The notes under the pieces are model-generated. The model was given only the letters and a program-made list of their open reading frames with translations. It did not search any database and was not told the DNA's origin. A program made the translations under genes and the position numbers. Positions 35,296 to 44,126 of a stretch of 64,000 bases of DNA are shown piece by piece. Source of the DNA: Gemmatimonadota bacterium (GTDB taxonomy: Bacteria; Gemmatimonadota; Gemmatimonadetes; Gemmatimonadales; GWC2-71-9); contig JADJOM010000001.1 in the NCBI GenBank assembly GCA_016713785.1, positions 841,816 to 905,815 on the forward strand. The letters are read 5' to 3'. The stretch's first letter is position 1. Each line of letters starts with the position of its first letter.

Positions 35296-35742
35296 ATGAA
35301 GACCGCCACCATCACCACCAGCCGGGGCACCATCGTCGCGGAGCTGTTCGACGAGGACGCCCCGAAGACCGTCGAGAACTTCGAGAAGCTCGCCAACAGC
35401 AACTTCTACGACGGGCTGCGGTTCCACCGCGTGATCAGCAACTTCATGGTCCAGGGCGGGTGCCCCAACTCGCGCGACCCGAATGACCCGCGCGCCGGCA
35501 CCGGCGGGCCGGGCTACAAGATCAAGTGCGAGACCCAGCGCAACACCCACAAGCACGTGGCCGGCACGCTGTCGATGGCCCATGCGGGCAAGGACACCGG
35601 CGGCAGCCAGTTCTTCATCTGCCACGCGCCGCAGTCGCACCTCGACGGCGTGCACACCGTCTTCGGCCAGGTCACCACCGGGATGGACGTGGTGAACGCC
35701 ATCCGCAAGAACGACGAGATCACCTCGATCCGGGTGAGCTGA
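35296..35742 (+). CDS. cyclophilin-type peptidyl-prolyl cis-trans isomerase
   Basis: ATG 35296 ([18 protein letters not shown]). [46 protein letters not shown]. Confidence 0.9.
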   Translation: MKTATITTSRGTIVAELFDEDAPKTVENFEKLANSNFYDGLRFHRVISNFMVQGGCPNSRDPNDPRAGTGGPGYKIKCETQRNTHKHVAGTLSMAHAGKDTGGSQFFICHAPQSHLDGVHTVFGQVTTGMDVVNAIRKNDEITSIRVS

Positions 35743-36167
35743 GCCTGCTGCTCGACTTCGCGGTGCTCGCGGACTACGCCCTGATCGACCAGCAGGGGAA
35801 GCTCTCGGTGCTCGGCCTGTTCCAGCACGTCTGGGTGCCGGCCTTCCCCTCGGTGCATCCCCGGGCCCACCTGGTCCTCCGGGTCCGGGGCCGCCGGACC
35901 GAGATCGGCACCCACCGCATCCGGATCCGGTTCCTCGATGCGGCCGGCAACGCGCTGGTGGAGGGCGACGGGGCGGTGCATTTCGGGGAGCCGCCGGCCG
36001 GCGTCACCGACGTGGAGGCGGGCGCGGTGCTGGTCTTTGACCTGCCGCTCCCGGCGCCCGGCCAGTACGCGTTCGAGATCAGCCTGGACGGGGCCGAGGG
36101 ATACCGGGTACCCCTGAGCGCCTCCCAGCTGCCGGGGCCCCCAGCGGACACCCCGACACTGCACTAG
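35739..36167 (+). CDS. hypothetical protein, DUF6941-like (start codon uncertain: CTG 35739/35745 or GTG 35763)
   Basis: Coding-like frame. N-terminal [26 protein letters not shown] resembles the first strands of the DUF6941-type family (from memory). There is no ATG/GTG/TTG upstream of the conserved strand. CTG 35739 overlaps the PPIase TGA (CTGA). Confidence 0.5.
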   Translation: MSLLLDFAVLADYALIDQQGKLSVLGLFQHVWVPAFPSVHPRAHLVLRVRGRRTEIGTHRIRIRFLDAAGNALVEGDGAVHFGEPPAGVTDVEAGAVLVFDLPLPAPGQYAFEISLDGAEGYRVPLSASQLPGPPADTPTLH

Positions 36168-36243
36168 AACTCCGCGCACGCATCTGCGATGTCGCCGGTC
36201 GGATCTCCGATGCGGGGTGCCAGCGCCGCATGCACGTCTCCTT

Positions 36244-36272
36244 TTGACAAAGTTGTGGCCGGGGCGTAGACT
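36244..36272 (+). promoter_or_regulatory. near-consensus sigma-70 promoter (TTGACA-N17-TAGACT) for the fadL-like/lipase operon
   Basis: TTGACA at 36244-36249, 17-nt spacer, TAGACT at 36267-36272. GGAG Shine-Dalgarno ~8 nt before ATG 36340. Confidence 0.55.
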
Positions 36273-36339
36273 AGCCTAGGCACACCCGCAACACTCGGTT
36301 CCTCGTCAACCGATTCCTTCCTCTTTTCGGAGTTCATCT

Positions 36340-37707
36340 ATGCGGCGGTATCCGGTCTGGCTCGCCGTCTGCGGGTCGGTCGTCCTCGCGGGCGCACCCG
36401 CGTCCCTGACGGCCCAGGGGTACAGCGTCAATGAGCACAGCTCCTGTGCCATGGGCCGCGCGGGCACGGCGGTGGCCTCTCCCTGCGCGGACGGTTCCTC
36501 GATCTTCTTCAATCCGGCCGGCATCGCCAGCGCGGCGAAGGGGGTCTGGACCATCTCGACCGGCGTCACCGCGATCGCGCCGAGTGGCGGCTTCACCAAC
36601 GACGCCACCGGGCTGCGCACCGACCTCGAGGACATCATCATCCCGGTCCCGGCCCTGTACATGCAGGGCGGGCTCACCGACAAGCTGAGCGTCGGCTTCG
36701 GCGCGTTCGCGCCCTACGGCCTGACCACCAAGTGGCCCGAGAAGTCCGAGGCGCGGTTCCGGGGCTACCGCAGCACCATCCGGGCGATCTACGTCCAGCC
36801 CACGCTGGCGTACAAGCTCACCAACCAGCTCAAGGTCGGCGCGGGCTTCGACGTGAACTTCCTGCACCTGGCGCTGCAGCAGCGGGTGGACCTGTTCGAC
36901 CAGGACGCGGCGCCCGGGGTCACCTTCGGGAACCTGGGGTTCCAGCGCGGGACCGACATCGCAGACGTGGAATTGACGGGCAACGGCACGGGCGTGGGCT
37001 ACCACCTCGGGGCGCTGTGGGAGCCGAGCCGCCGGGTCAGCTTCGGCCTGCGGTACCTCTCGCGGCAGCTGGTGAAGATCAATAGCGCCGAGGCCGCGAT
37101 CGACCGGGTGTTCACCGGGATCACGCTGGCGCAGGGCAACCCGCTCGGCGCGCCGGCCGGCACCCCGCTCGACAGCGTGCTCTCGCCCCAGTTCAGCGGC
37201 AGCGGCCCGCTGCAGGACCAGGGCGGCCGGACCTGGCTGCGCATGCCGGAGCAGCTCACCGCCGGCGTCATGGTGCGCCCCATCGAGAAGCTCAAGCTGC
37301 TGCTCGACGTGACCTACACCAACTGGAAGGTGTTCGACACGATCACCATCCACACCGACCTCCTGCCGACGACCTTCCTGGCCGAGAACGCCAACGGGTC
37401 CACCGCCTGGCGCTACGGCGCCGAGTACGAGATCAGCGCTGGGAGCGTGCTCCGCGGCGGCTACCTCTTCCACGACGCGGCGCTGCCGGCCGGCTCGGTC
37501 ACGCCGAACCTGCCCGAAGGCAAGCGGGCGGAGTTCACGCTCGGCTTCGGCACCCGGCTCGGGTCCAAGCTCCACGCCGACGTGGCCTACCAGTACATCC
37601 AGCAGCAGAATCGCCGCGGCCGCACCGTTGAATACGGCCTGCCCGACAACGGGCTGTTCGAGTTCAAGGCGCACCTGTTCGGCGCTACCCTGTCCTACAC
37701 CTTCTGA
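36340..37707 (+). CDS. fadL: outer-membrane hydrophobic-compound transporter, FadL/TodX (OMPP1) family
   Basis: Signal peptide. N-terminal hatch motif GRAGTAVASP.DGSSIFFNPAG. Alternating beta-strands. C-terminal ...HLFGATLSYTF. Confidence 0.85.
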   Translation: MRRYPVWLAVCGSVVLAGAPASLTAQGYSVNEHSSCAMGRAGTAVASPCADGSSIFFNPAGIASAAKGVWTISTGVTAIAPSGGFTNDATGLRTDLEDIIIPVPALYMQGGLTDKLSVGFGAFAPYGLTTKWPEKSEARFRGYRSTIRAIYVQPTLAYKLTNQLKVGAGFDVNFLHLALQQRVDLFDQDAAPGVTFGNLGFQRGTDIADVELTGNGTGVGYHLGALWEPSRRVSFGLRYLSRQLVKINSAEAAIDRVFTGITLAQGNPLGAPAGTPLDSVLSPQFSGSGPLQDQGGRTWLRMPEQLTAGVMVRPIEKLKLLLDVTYTNWKVFDTITIHTDLLPTTFLAENANGSTAWRYGAEYEISAGSVLRGGYLFHDAALPAGSVTPNLPEGKRAEFTLGFGTRLGSKLHADVAYQYIQQQNRRGRTVEYGLPDNGLFEFKAHLFGATLSYTF

Positions 37708-37725
37708 CGCCACCGGAGCCTGATC

Positions 37726-38988
37726 ATGCAGATCAAGCGACTCGTTTCGACCCTGCTCGTCGCGCTGCCGGTGCTCGCGGGATGCCGCACCGACGAGAAG
37801 CTCAACGCGCCCGACGTGCTGGACCCGATCTTCCAGCGCTACGTGTCGATGGGCAACAGCATCACCGCCGGCTACATGTCGGCGGGCATCAACGACAGCA
37901 CCCAGAAGCGCTCCTACGCCGTCCTGCTCGGCGCCGCCATGGGCACCAGCTTCAACTATCCCCGGCTCAACGGCCGGGGCTGCGCCCCGCCGTTCACCAA
38001 CAACGTGACGCAGGCCCGCGTCGGCGGCGGCACCTCGACCACCTGTGACCTGCGGGTCCCGCTCGAGGGCACCCTCAACAACACCGCCGTCCCCGGCGCG
38101 CGGGTGCAGGAGCTGCTCAGCAACTTCGGCGTGCCCGTCTCGTCGTCGAACGCGCTGACCACGTTCTTCCTCGGCGGCAAGACGCAGATCCAGCGCATGA
38201 CCGAGGCCCAGCCCACCTTCGTGACGGTGTGGATCGGCAACAACGACGTGCTGGGCTCGCTGACCAGCTCGGCCAATCCCGGCAACCCGGCGCTGGTCAC
38301 CCCACTCAACACCTTCACCGCCCAGTACGACTCGGTCCTCGACGCCATCGAGGCCACCGGGGCCCGCGCCGCGCTGGTGACGGTCGGCGACGTGAGCGTG
38401 ATTCCCTATGCCTCGAAGGGCGCGATCTGGTACTGCCTCAAGAACGGCGGCTGCCCCGCGCCGCTCCCGCCGCAGGACCCCACGCTCGCCGGCATCCCGA
38501 CGTTCACGGTGAACGTCAGCTGCGCGCCGGTTCCGCCCGCCGGCGGCGGCCTCAGCATCCTGGTGCCGTGGACCGTGGGCCTCACCAAGCTGAGCACGGC
38601 CATCGCCGGGTTCCCCGCCACCATTGATTGCTCGGTGGACAACGAGGTGGTGACCAGCGCCGAGCTGACCGGGCTGGTGACCGCGGTGGCCGGGTTCAAC
38701 GCCCACATCGTGGCTGAGGGCGCGGCCCGCGGCATGGCGGTCTTCGACATCAACCCGACCCTCGGCGCGCTGGTCCTCAACGGGACCATCCCCCAGTTCC
38801 CGAACATCGCGGGTGCGGCCGTGGGACAGCCGGTGACCTTCGGCACGATGTTCACGCTCGACGGGGTCCACCCGAGCGCGCTGGCCCACCAGATCGTGGC
38901 CGACTCCCTGGCCTCAGTCATCAACGCCACCTACGGGACCAGCCTGCCGGTCCCGGTCTGCGGCACGGTGAGCTGCCCGGCGCCCTGA
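37726..38988 (+). CDS. SGNH/GDSL-family lipase/esterase lipoprotein
   Basis: Lipobox LPVLAGC. Block I YVSMGNSITAGY (catalytic Ser). Block V FTLDGVHPSALAH (D-x-x-H). Located 18 nt after the fadL-like gene. Confidence 0.8.
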   Translation: MQIKRLVSTLLVALPVLAGCRTDEKLNAPDVLDPIFQRYVSMGNSITAGYMSAGINDSTQKRSYAVLLGAAMGTSFNYPRLNGRGCAPPFTNNVTQARVGGGTSTTCDLRVPLEGTLNNTAVPGARVQELLSNFGVPVSSSNALTTFFLGGKTQIQRMTEAQPTFVTVWIGNNDVLGSLTSSANPGNPALVTPLNTFTAQYDSVLDAIEATGARAALVTVGDVSVIPYASKGAIWYCLKNGGCPAPLPPQDPTLAGIPTFTVNVSCAPVPPAGGGLSILVPWTVGLTKLSTAIAGFPATIDCSVDNEVVTSAELTGLVTAVAGFNAHIVAEGAARGMAVFDINPTLGALVLNGTIPQFPNIAGAAVGQPVTFGTMFTLDGVHPSALAHQIVADSLASVINATYGTSLPVPVCGTVSCPAP

Positions 38989-39060
38989 CGCCCGGCGAGC
39001 GCTGCCGTGATCTCCGGCCCCCCGTTGCCTCCGGCGGCGGGGGGCCGTTCATTGCAGGCC

Positions 39061-39642
39061 ATGACTTGGACCCGCGATCGCGCCCTGGCGCTCATGCACG
39101 AGTACACCCCGTCCGACGCCCTCCGGAAGCACATGTACGCCGTCGAGGCGGCCATGCGGGCCATGGCGGTTCGCGGGGGGGAGGATCCCGACGCCTGGGG
39201 ACTGGTGGGGCTGCTGCACGACTTTGACTATGAGCGCTATCCCAACGCCGCCCGCTCCGCCATGGAGGAACATCCCTCCGAAGGCGTGCGGCTCCTTGCG
39301 TCGCAGGGCCTCCCTGAGCCGATGCAGCGGGCCATCCTTGGCCATGCGGGCTATACCGGGGTGCCCCGCGACACGCCCATGGCGCGCGCGCTCTTTGCGG
39401 TAGACGAACTCTGCGGATTCCTGGTGGCGTGCGCCCTGGTCCGCCCGTCGCGGAGCCTGCAGGACCTCGAGGTGGCCAGTGTCCGGAAGAAGCTCAAGGA
39501 CAAGGCCTTTGCCCGCGGCGTGAGCCGCGAGGACGTGCTGCAGGGCGCCACCGAGCTCGGCGTGCCGCTCGAGGAACTCATCGCCTTCGTGCTCGAGGCC
39601 CTGCGCCCCATCGAGCGCGAGCTGGGGCTGGGCACGGGATGA
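39061..39642 (+). CDS. HD-domain (HDIG-type) metal-dependent phosphohydrolase
   Basis: ATG 39061 (MTWTRDRALALM). H...HD (LLHDFDYERY), HPSEG, ILGHAGYTG. Confidence 0.8.
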   Translation: MTWTRDRALALMHEYTPSDALRKHMYAVEAAMRAMAVRGGEDPDAWGLVGLLHDFDYERYPNAARSAMEEHPSEGVRLLASQGLPEPMQRAILGHAGYTGVPRDTPMARALFAVDELCGFLVACALVRPSRSLQDLEVASVRKKLKDKAFARGVSREDVLQGATELGVPLEELIAFVLEALRPIERELGLGTG

Positions 39643-41057
39643 CCGGGCCGGCGGAGCGGCCGACCCGGATCTCGACCACGAGCCGGCCGGCGACGCAGCG
39701 GGCCATCGACCGCGCGGCCGCCGCCCGGCCCATCCCGGGGAACCGGGTGGCCCTGCTGCAGGACGGGCCCGCCGCCTACGGCGCCATGCTCGCGCTGATC
39801 GAGGGCGCCACCCGGTTCATCCACTTCGAGAACTACATCATCCGCGACGACGCCACCGGCTGGCGTTTCGCGGAGGCCCTCGCCGCCCGCGCCCGCACCG
39901 GCCTCCCGGTGCGGGTGCTGTACGACTGGCTCGGCTCCATCGGCACCGGCCGGGCCTACTGGCGCTTCCTCCGCCAGGCCGGCTGCGAGGTGCGCTGCTT
40001 CGGGACACCCTCCCTGATCCGCCCCCTCCGCCTCATCGCGCGCGACCACCGGAAGCTGGTGGTGGCCGATGGCGTCCGCGCCGTGGTCGGGGGACTCTGC
40101 ATCGGTGATGAATGGGCCGGCGATCCGGCCCGCGGCATCCCGCCCTGGCGCGACACCGCCGTGCTCATCGAGGGACCCGCCAGCCACGCACTCGACCTGG
40201 CGTTTGCGCGGGTCTGGGCCCGCGCCGGGCTGCCGCTCCCGGAGGAGGAGCACGCCGCCGAGGCGCCCGCCATGGGCGATGCGGCGGTGCGGATCGTGGT
40301 GGGGGAACCGGGCAAGCAGCGCGCCTACCGGGTGCTCGAGTACCTGACCGCCGGGTGCCGCCGCCGGCTGTGGATCGTCGATGCCTACCTGGTGCCGCCC
40401 GCCCGGCTGTTCGAGGTAATGGCGCTCGCCGAGCGCGACGGCGTGGACATCCGGCTGCTGGTGCCCGGCGCCAGCGACGTCCCGCTGGTGCGGAACCTCA
40501 CCCGGCTCGGCTACCGCGACATCCTCCGCGCGGGGCTGCGGATCTTCGAGTGGGACGGGCCCATGATCCACGCCAAGACCATGGTGGCGGACGGCCGGTG
40601 GGTGCGCGTGGGCACCAGCAACCTGAACGCGTCGAGCCTGGTGGGGAACTACGAACTCGACGTGGTCATCGAGGACCCGGCGCTCGCCCGCGCCATGGAA
40701 CAGCAGTTCCGGCGCGACATCGCCCAGAGCAGCGAGGTGGTGCGGCAGGTGCGCCGCGGGCCGGCGGCGCTGCGCGGCGTGATGCCGAGCCGCCTGGCCC
40801 GGCGCGGGGAGCGGGGCGTGGCCGGGCGGCGGCGAGGCCGGCGGGAGTTCCGGGCCCGCACGGTGGTGGCCGCCCGCCGGCTGGTCAGCGGCGCGTTCCG
40901 GTCGCTCGTCGGCCCCGGCATCCTGGCGCTCGCCGTCCTCGGCGTGCTCTTCGTGGGGCTGCCGACGGTGATGAGTTACGTCTTCGGGGGGATCTGCCTC
41001 TGGTTTGCGGCGGTGCTCGGGGTCCAGGCCTGGGGACGCCGCGGCGGGTGGGGATGA
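39639..41057 (+). CDS. phospholipase D-family cardiolipin-synthase-like protein with C-terminal TM helices
   Basis: ATG 39639 overlaps the HD gene's TGA (ATGA). Two HKD motifs (RDHRKLVVADG...GGLCIGDEW; MIHAKTMVADGRWVRVGTSNLN). C-terminal hydrophobic segments GILALAVLGVLFVGLP and FGGICLWFAAVLGV. Confidence 0.85.
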   Translation: MTGPAERPTRISTTSRPATQRAIDRAAAARPIPGNRVALLQDGPAAYGAMLALIEGATRFIHFENYIIRDDATGWRFAEALAARARTGLPVRVLYDWLGSIGTGRAYWRFLRQAGCEVRCFGTPSLIRPLRLIARDHRKLVVADGVRAVVGGLCIGDEWAGDPARGIPPWRDTAVLIEGPASHALDLAFARVWARAGLPLPEEEHAAEAPAMGDAAVRIVVGEPGKQRAYRVLEYLTAGCRRRLWIVDAYLVPPARLFEVMALAERDGVDIRLLVPGASDVPLVRNLTRLGYRDILRAGLRIFEWDGPMIHAKTMVADGRWVRVGTSNLNASSLVGNYELDVVIEDPALARAMEQQFRRDIAQSSEVVRQVRRGPAALRGVMPSRLARRGERGVAGRRRGRREFRARTVVAARRLVSGAFRSLVGPGILALAVLGVLFVGLPTVMSYVFGGICLWFAAVLGVQAWGRRGGWG

Positions 41058-41064
41058 TCGACGC

Positions 41065-41967
41065 CTAGGCCCGCGCGCGCGCCTCCTCGTACCAGCGGGC
41101 CACGGCCGCGTGCTCCTCGGTAGCGCCCAGCCGCTCCAGCAGCCCGAGCGCCGCCGCCACATCCGCGCCCGCCTCCGCCCAGCGCCGCTCGACAGCACCC
41201 AGCCGCGCCCGGGCCTCGAGCGCCTCCGCCTCGATGAGCGGGCTGCCGTACTCCCGGGCCAGGCCCACGGCACGATCCAGCGCGGCACGCGCGGCGGTCA
41301 CCTGCCCCAGCGCGGTCCGCGCGGCGCCCGCGAGCCGCAGCGCATCGGCCTCGCCAAGGTAGTCGGGGATGGCCGCGTACTGCTCGGCCCCGAGCCGGGC
41401 CCCGGCTTCCGCCACCACCGCCTCGCCCCGGCGCAGCGACAGGTCGCCCCGGCCCACGTGGGCCATGGCCAGCAGCCGCTGGTTCCCCGCCTCGCGGGCG
41501 TACCCGATGGCGCGCCGCTCATAGCGGTCGGCGGGGTCGTACTGTCCCAGGTCCCGGTAGGCAATGGCCAGGTTGTGGCAGGTCTCGGCGAGGCCGGCGG
41601 TGCTGCCGATGCGCTGGTAGGCGGGAATCGCCAGCTGGTACTGGGTGAGCGCCTCCTCCCGCCGCCCGGTGAGGTTGGCGATCATGCCGAGGTTGTTGCA
41701 GGCCCGCGCCAGCACCAGCGGATCGGCCGCCTGGCTCGCGAGGTCCAGCGCCCGCGCGAAGGCGGCACTCGCCTCCGGCAGCTCGCCCAGCTCGAAGTGG
41801 GCGGCCCCCAGCATGTTCACCGCCCGCCGGTAGATGGCCGCATCCCCCCGCTCCAGTGCCGGCATCGCGGCGAGGAGGCGTTCGCGGGCGGGCCGCAGCA
41901 GCCCCTGGCGGAGCTCGCGCTCCGCCGCGGCGACTTCGTCCGGCACCTCGTGGGGATGGGCGGTCAT
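41065..41967 (-). CDS. TPR-repeat protein
   Basis: ATG 41967 (MTAHPHEV). Repeated 34-aa TPR-like units (A.NNLG.IA...G..EEAL..YQ.AI..Y...G; AETCHNLAIAYRDLGQYDPADRYERRAI...). Confidence 0.75.
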   Translation of the reverse strand: MTAHPHEVPDEVAAAERELRQGLLRPARERLLAAMPALERGDAAIYRRAVNMLGAAHFELGELPEASAAFARALDLASQAADPLVLARACNNLGMIANLTGRREEALTQYQLAIPAYQRIGSTAGLAETCHNLAIAYRDLGQYDPADRYERRAIGYAREAGNQRLLAMAHVGRGDLSLRRGEAVVAEAGARLGAEQYAAIPDYLGEADALRLAGAARTALGQVTAARAALDRAVGLAREYGSPLIEAEALEARARLGAVERRWAEAGADVAAALGLLERLGATEEHAAVARWYEEARARA

Positions 41968-41978
41968 GCCATGTGCTC

Positions 41979-42614
41979 CTAGTAGGCCACGGCGTAACGG
42001 GTGAAGCCGGGCACATCCGCTTCGACTTCCTGCTCCACGGTGTCGACGCTGCTCACCAGCGGCGACCACGGGTCCCCGAGCTGCTCTTCCTTCCAGATCT
42101 GCAGGCCGAGCAGGATCGTGGTGTCGGCCGCGGTGACGAACCCGTCCTCGTCGAGATCCGGGTCGGCGTCGCGGAACTTGATCCACAGCCGGGCCGGCCT
42201 CGACGGGTTGAACACCAGCCCCGAGGGCGCAAACTGGATGATCAGGTTCGCGGTATCGCTCACCGTCACCGTGATCAGGACGGAGTCACCGCTGGCGAGC
42301 GGGTTCCCCGCGCTGTCGCTCACCAGGGTCCGGTCGTCCACCCGGAAGCGGATGAACTCGAAGGAATCGGTGGCCCCGGCGGCCTTCTGGTACATGAGCC
42401 GGAGCTCGCGCCGCTCGCCGCGCACCGCCCAGAAGCTCTGGGTACGCTCGGCGAGGGGCGGCGCGGTCACGGCGGGACGCAGGAAGGTCAGACTGTCCTG
42501 CGACACCGTGGTGTCGGTGGGGTCGGGGCCGTTGCCACCGCCCCCATCAGAGGCGGTGCTGCAGGCCAGGGCCAGGGCGGCGAGGGTCGCAAGGGAAACG
42601 AATCGGGGAGACAT
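41979..42614 (-). CDS. hypothetical lipoprotein with acidic DxDxDxDG-type motif
   Basis: Lipobox LALAC-S. DADPDLDEDGFVTAAD resembles a Ca-binding loop. ATG 42614 overlaps the activator stop by 1 nt (TGATG). Confidence 0.65.
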   Translation of the reverse strand: MSPRFVSLATLAALALACSTASDGGGGNGPDPTDTTVSQDSLTFLRPAVTAPPLAERTQSFWAVRGERRELRLMYQKAAGATDSFEFIRFRVDDRTLVSDSAGNPLASGDSVLITVTVSDTANLIIQFAPSGLVFNPSRPARLWIKFRDADPDLDEDGFVTAADTTILLGLQIWKEEQLGDPWSPLVSSVDTVEQEVEADVPGFTRYAVAY

Positions 42615-43963
42615 CAGAATTCATCCTCGGTGAGGGCGGCCTGCCGTCCGCGGGGGGCCAGCAGTCGGAGCAGGCGGGTACGGGAGATCCCGAGGCGGCG
42701 CGCCGCCTCGCTCTTGTTGCCGTCGGCCAGCCGGACCATGGAGGCGGCGGCGGCGCGGACGATGTCGGACATCGCGGCGGGGAACGGCACGCCGTCGGCG
42801 GACGACAGCGGCCGGGCGGTATCGAGCCCCAGGTCGGCGGCGTCGAGGACCCCGCCGTCGCACATCAGCAGCGCCCGCTCGATCACGTTGCGCAGCTCGC
42901 GGATGTTCCCGCTCCACGGGTGCGCGAGCAACCGGCGCTCGGCGGCCGGCGACAGGGCCGGGACGGCGATCCCGTATTCCCCGGCGAAGCGGCGCAGGAA
43001 GCTCCCGGTGAGCAGCAGCAGGTCCTTGCCGCGCTCGCGCAGCGCGGGCAGGCGCAGCCCCACCACGTTGAGCCGGTAGTACAGGTCCTCGCGGAACTCG
43101 CCCCGGCGCGAGGCTTCGGCCAGGTCCACGTGGGTGGCGGCGATGACCCGGACATCCACCGCCATGGTGGTGGTCCCGCCGACCCGCCGGATCTCGCGCT
43201 GCTCCAGCACCCGGAGCAGCTTGCCCTGCAGCGGCAGGGAGAGGTGGCCGATCTCGTCGAGGAAGATCGTCCCGCCGTTGGCCACCTCGAACAGCCCGGG
43301 CTTGGCGGCGCTCGCGTCGGTGAAGGCGCCCTTCTCGTGCCCGAACAGCTCGCTCTCCAGCAGGTTCTCCGGGATCGCGGCGCAGTTCACATCCACGAAC
43401 GGCGCCTTCTTGCGCGGCCCGTTGTAGTGGACCGCCCGCGCCAGCAGCTCCTTGCCCGTCCCGGTCTCGCCGCCGATGAGCACCGTGACCGCGCCGTGCG
43501 GGATGATTCGCGCCGCGCGGTCCAGGGTCTCCCGCAGGGCCGGGCTCTCGCCCAGGATGCCGTCGAACTGGTACTTGGATGCCTCGAGGGTGGTGAAGCT
43601 GGCCGAGGCCCCGGCCGTCCGCACCCGCTCGGCCTGCTGCGCCAGCCAGCCCTGCAGCAGCGCCAGGTCCTGCGGCAGCGCGAAGTACTCCCGCGCCCCG
43701 GCCCGCATGGCCCGGATGGCGATCCGGTGCTCGGCCGCGGCACCCACCACCGCGATCTCCGGGTGGGTGCCCCGGACGGCCTCCAGCCGGTCCACGATCT
43801 GGTCCTCCACCCCCGCGGCGTTCAGGACCACGACGGCCGCCTCAGCGGATGCCCGTTCCCCGACCACCAGCTCGAACCCGGCCGCGGCCGCGAGGCCTGG
43901 CCAGATGGCGGCGAAGGAATCGCTCGCGGCGAGCAGGGCGAGCTGGGGCAGCGGTTGCGGCAC
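42614..43963 (-). CDS. sigma-54-dependent transcriptional activator (bEBP) with degenerate receiver-like N-terminus
   Basis: AAA+ core: GETGTGKELLARAVH (Walker A), ESELFGHEKGAFTDA (GAFTGA-type loop), GGTIFLDEIG (Walker B), NIRELRN. C-terminal HTH NKSEAARRLGISRTRLLRLL. Start set at GTG 43963 (uncertain); upstream of it lies an AT-richer intergenic stretch. Confidence 0.85.
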   Translation of the reverse strand: MPQPLPQLALLAASDSFAAIWPGLAAAAGFELVVGERASAEAAVVVLNAAGVEDQIVDRLEAVRGTHPEIAVVGAAAEHRIAIRAMRAGAREYFALPQDLALLQGWLAQQAERVRTAGASASFTTLEASKYQFDGILGESPALRETLDRAARIIPHGAVTVLIGGETGTGKELLARAVHYNGPRKKAPFVDVNCAAIPENLLESELFGHEKGAFTDASAAKPGLFEVANGGTIFLDEIGHLSLPLQGKLLRVLEQREIRRVGGTTTMAVDVRVIAATHVDLAEASRRGEFREDLYYRLNVVGLRLPALRERGKDLLLLTGSFLRRFAGEYGIAVPALSPAAERRLLAHPWSGNIRELRNVIERALLMCDGGVLDAADLGLDTARPLSSADGVPFPAAMSDIVRAAAASMVRLADGNKSEAARRLGISRTRLLRLLAPRGRQAALTEDEF

Positions 43964-44126
43964 GGATCCTCGGGCATTCGGGGAAGGGCGGCCTGCACTG
44001 CCCCCCTCCAAGGCACGAAGTGGACCGGAATGCTCCAGCAAGGCCGTGCCTCCAAACCCTTTACCAACAAACACTTTACTAATCACGGATCGGCGGGGCC
44101 GGCCCTGGCTGTGGTGACGAATTGTG

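Noticed and set aside
36334-38889. 851-aa minus-strand ORF
   Set aside because: It is antisense to the FadL-family and SGNH lipase genes. No motifs, shadow composition.
44040-44126. Search for sigma-54 (TGGCAC-N5-TTGC) promoters here and at every TGGCAC occurrence I noticed (e.g. near 3913, 17918, 19545, 24070, 33290, 36205, 57005, 57118)
   Set aside because: None has a TTGC-like -12 element at the correct spacing. No sigma-54 promoter can be supported by eye.
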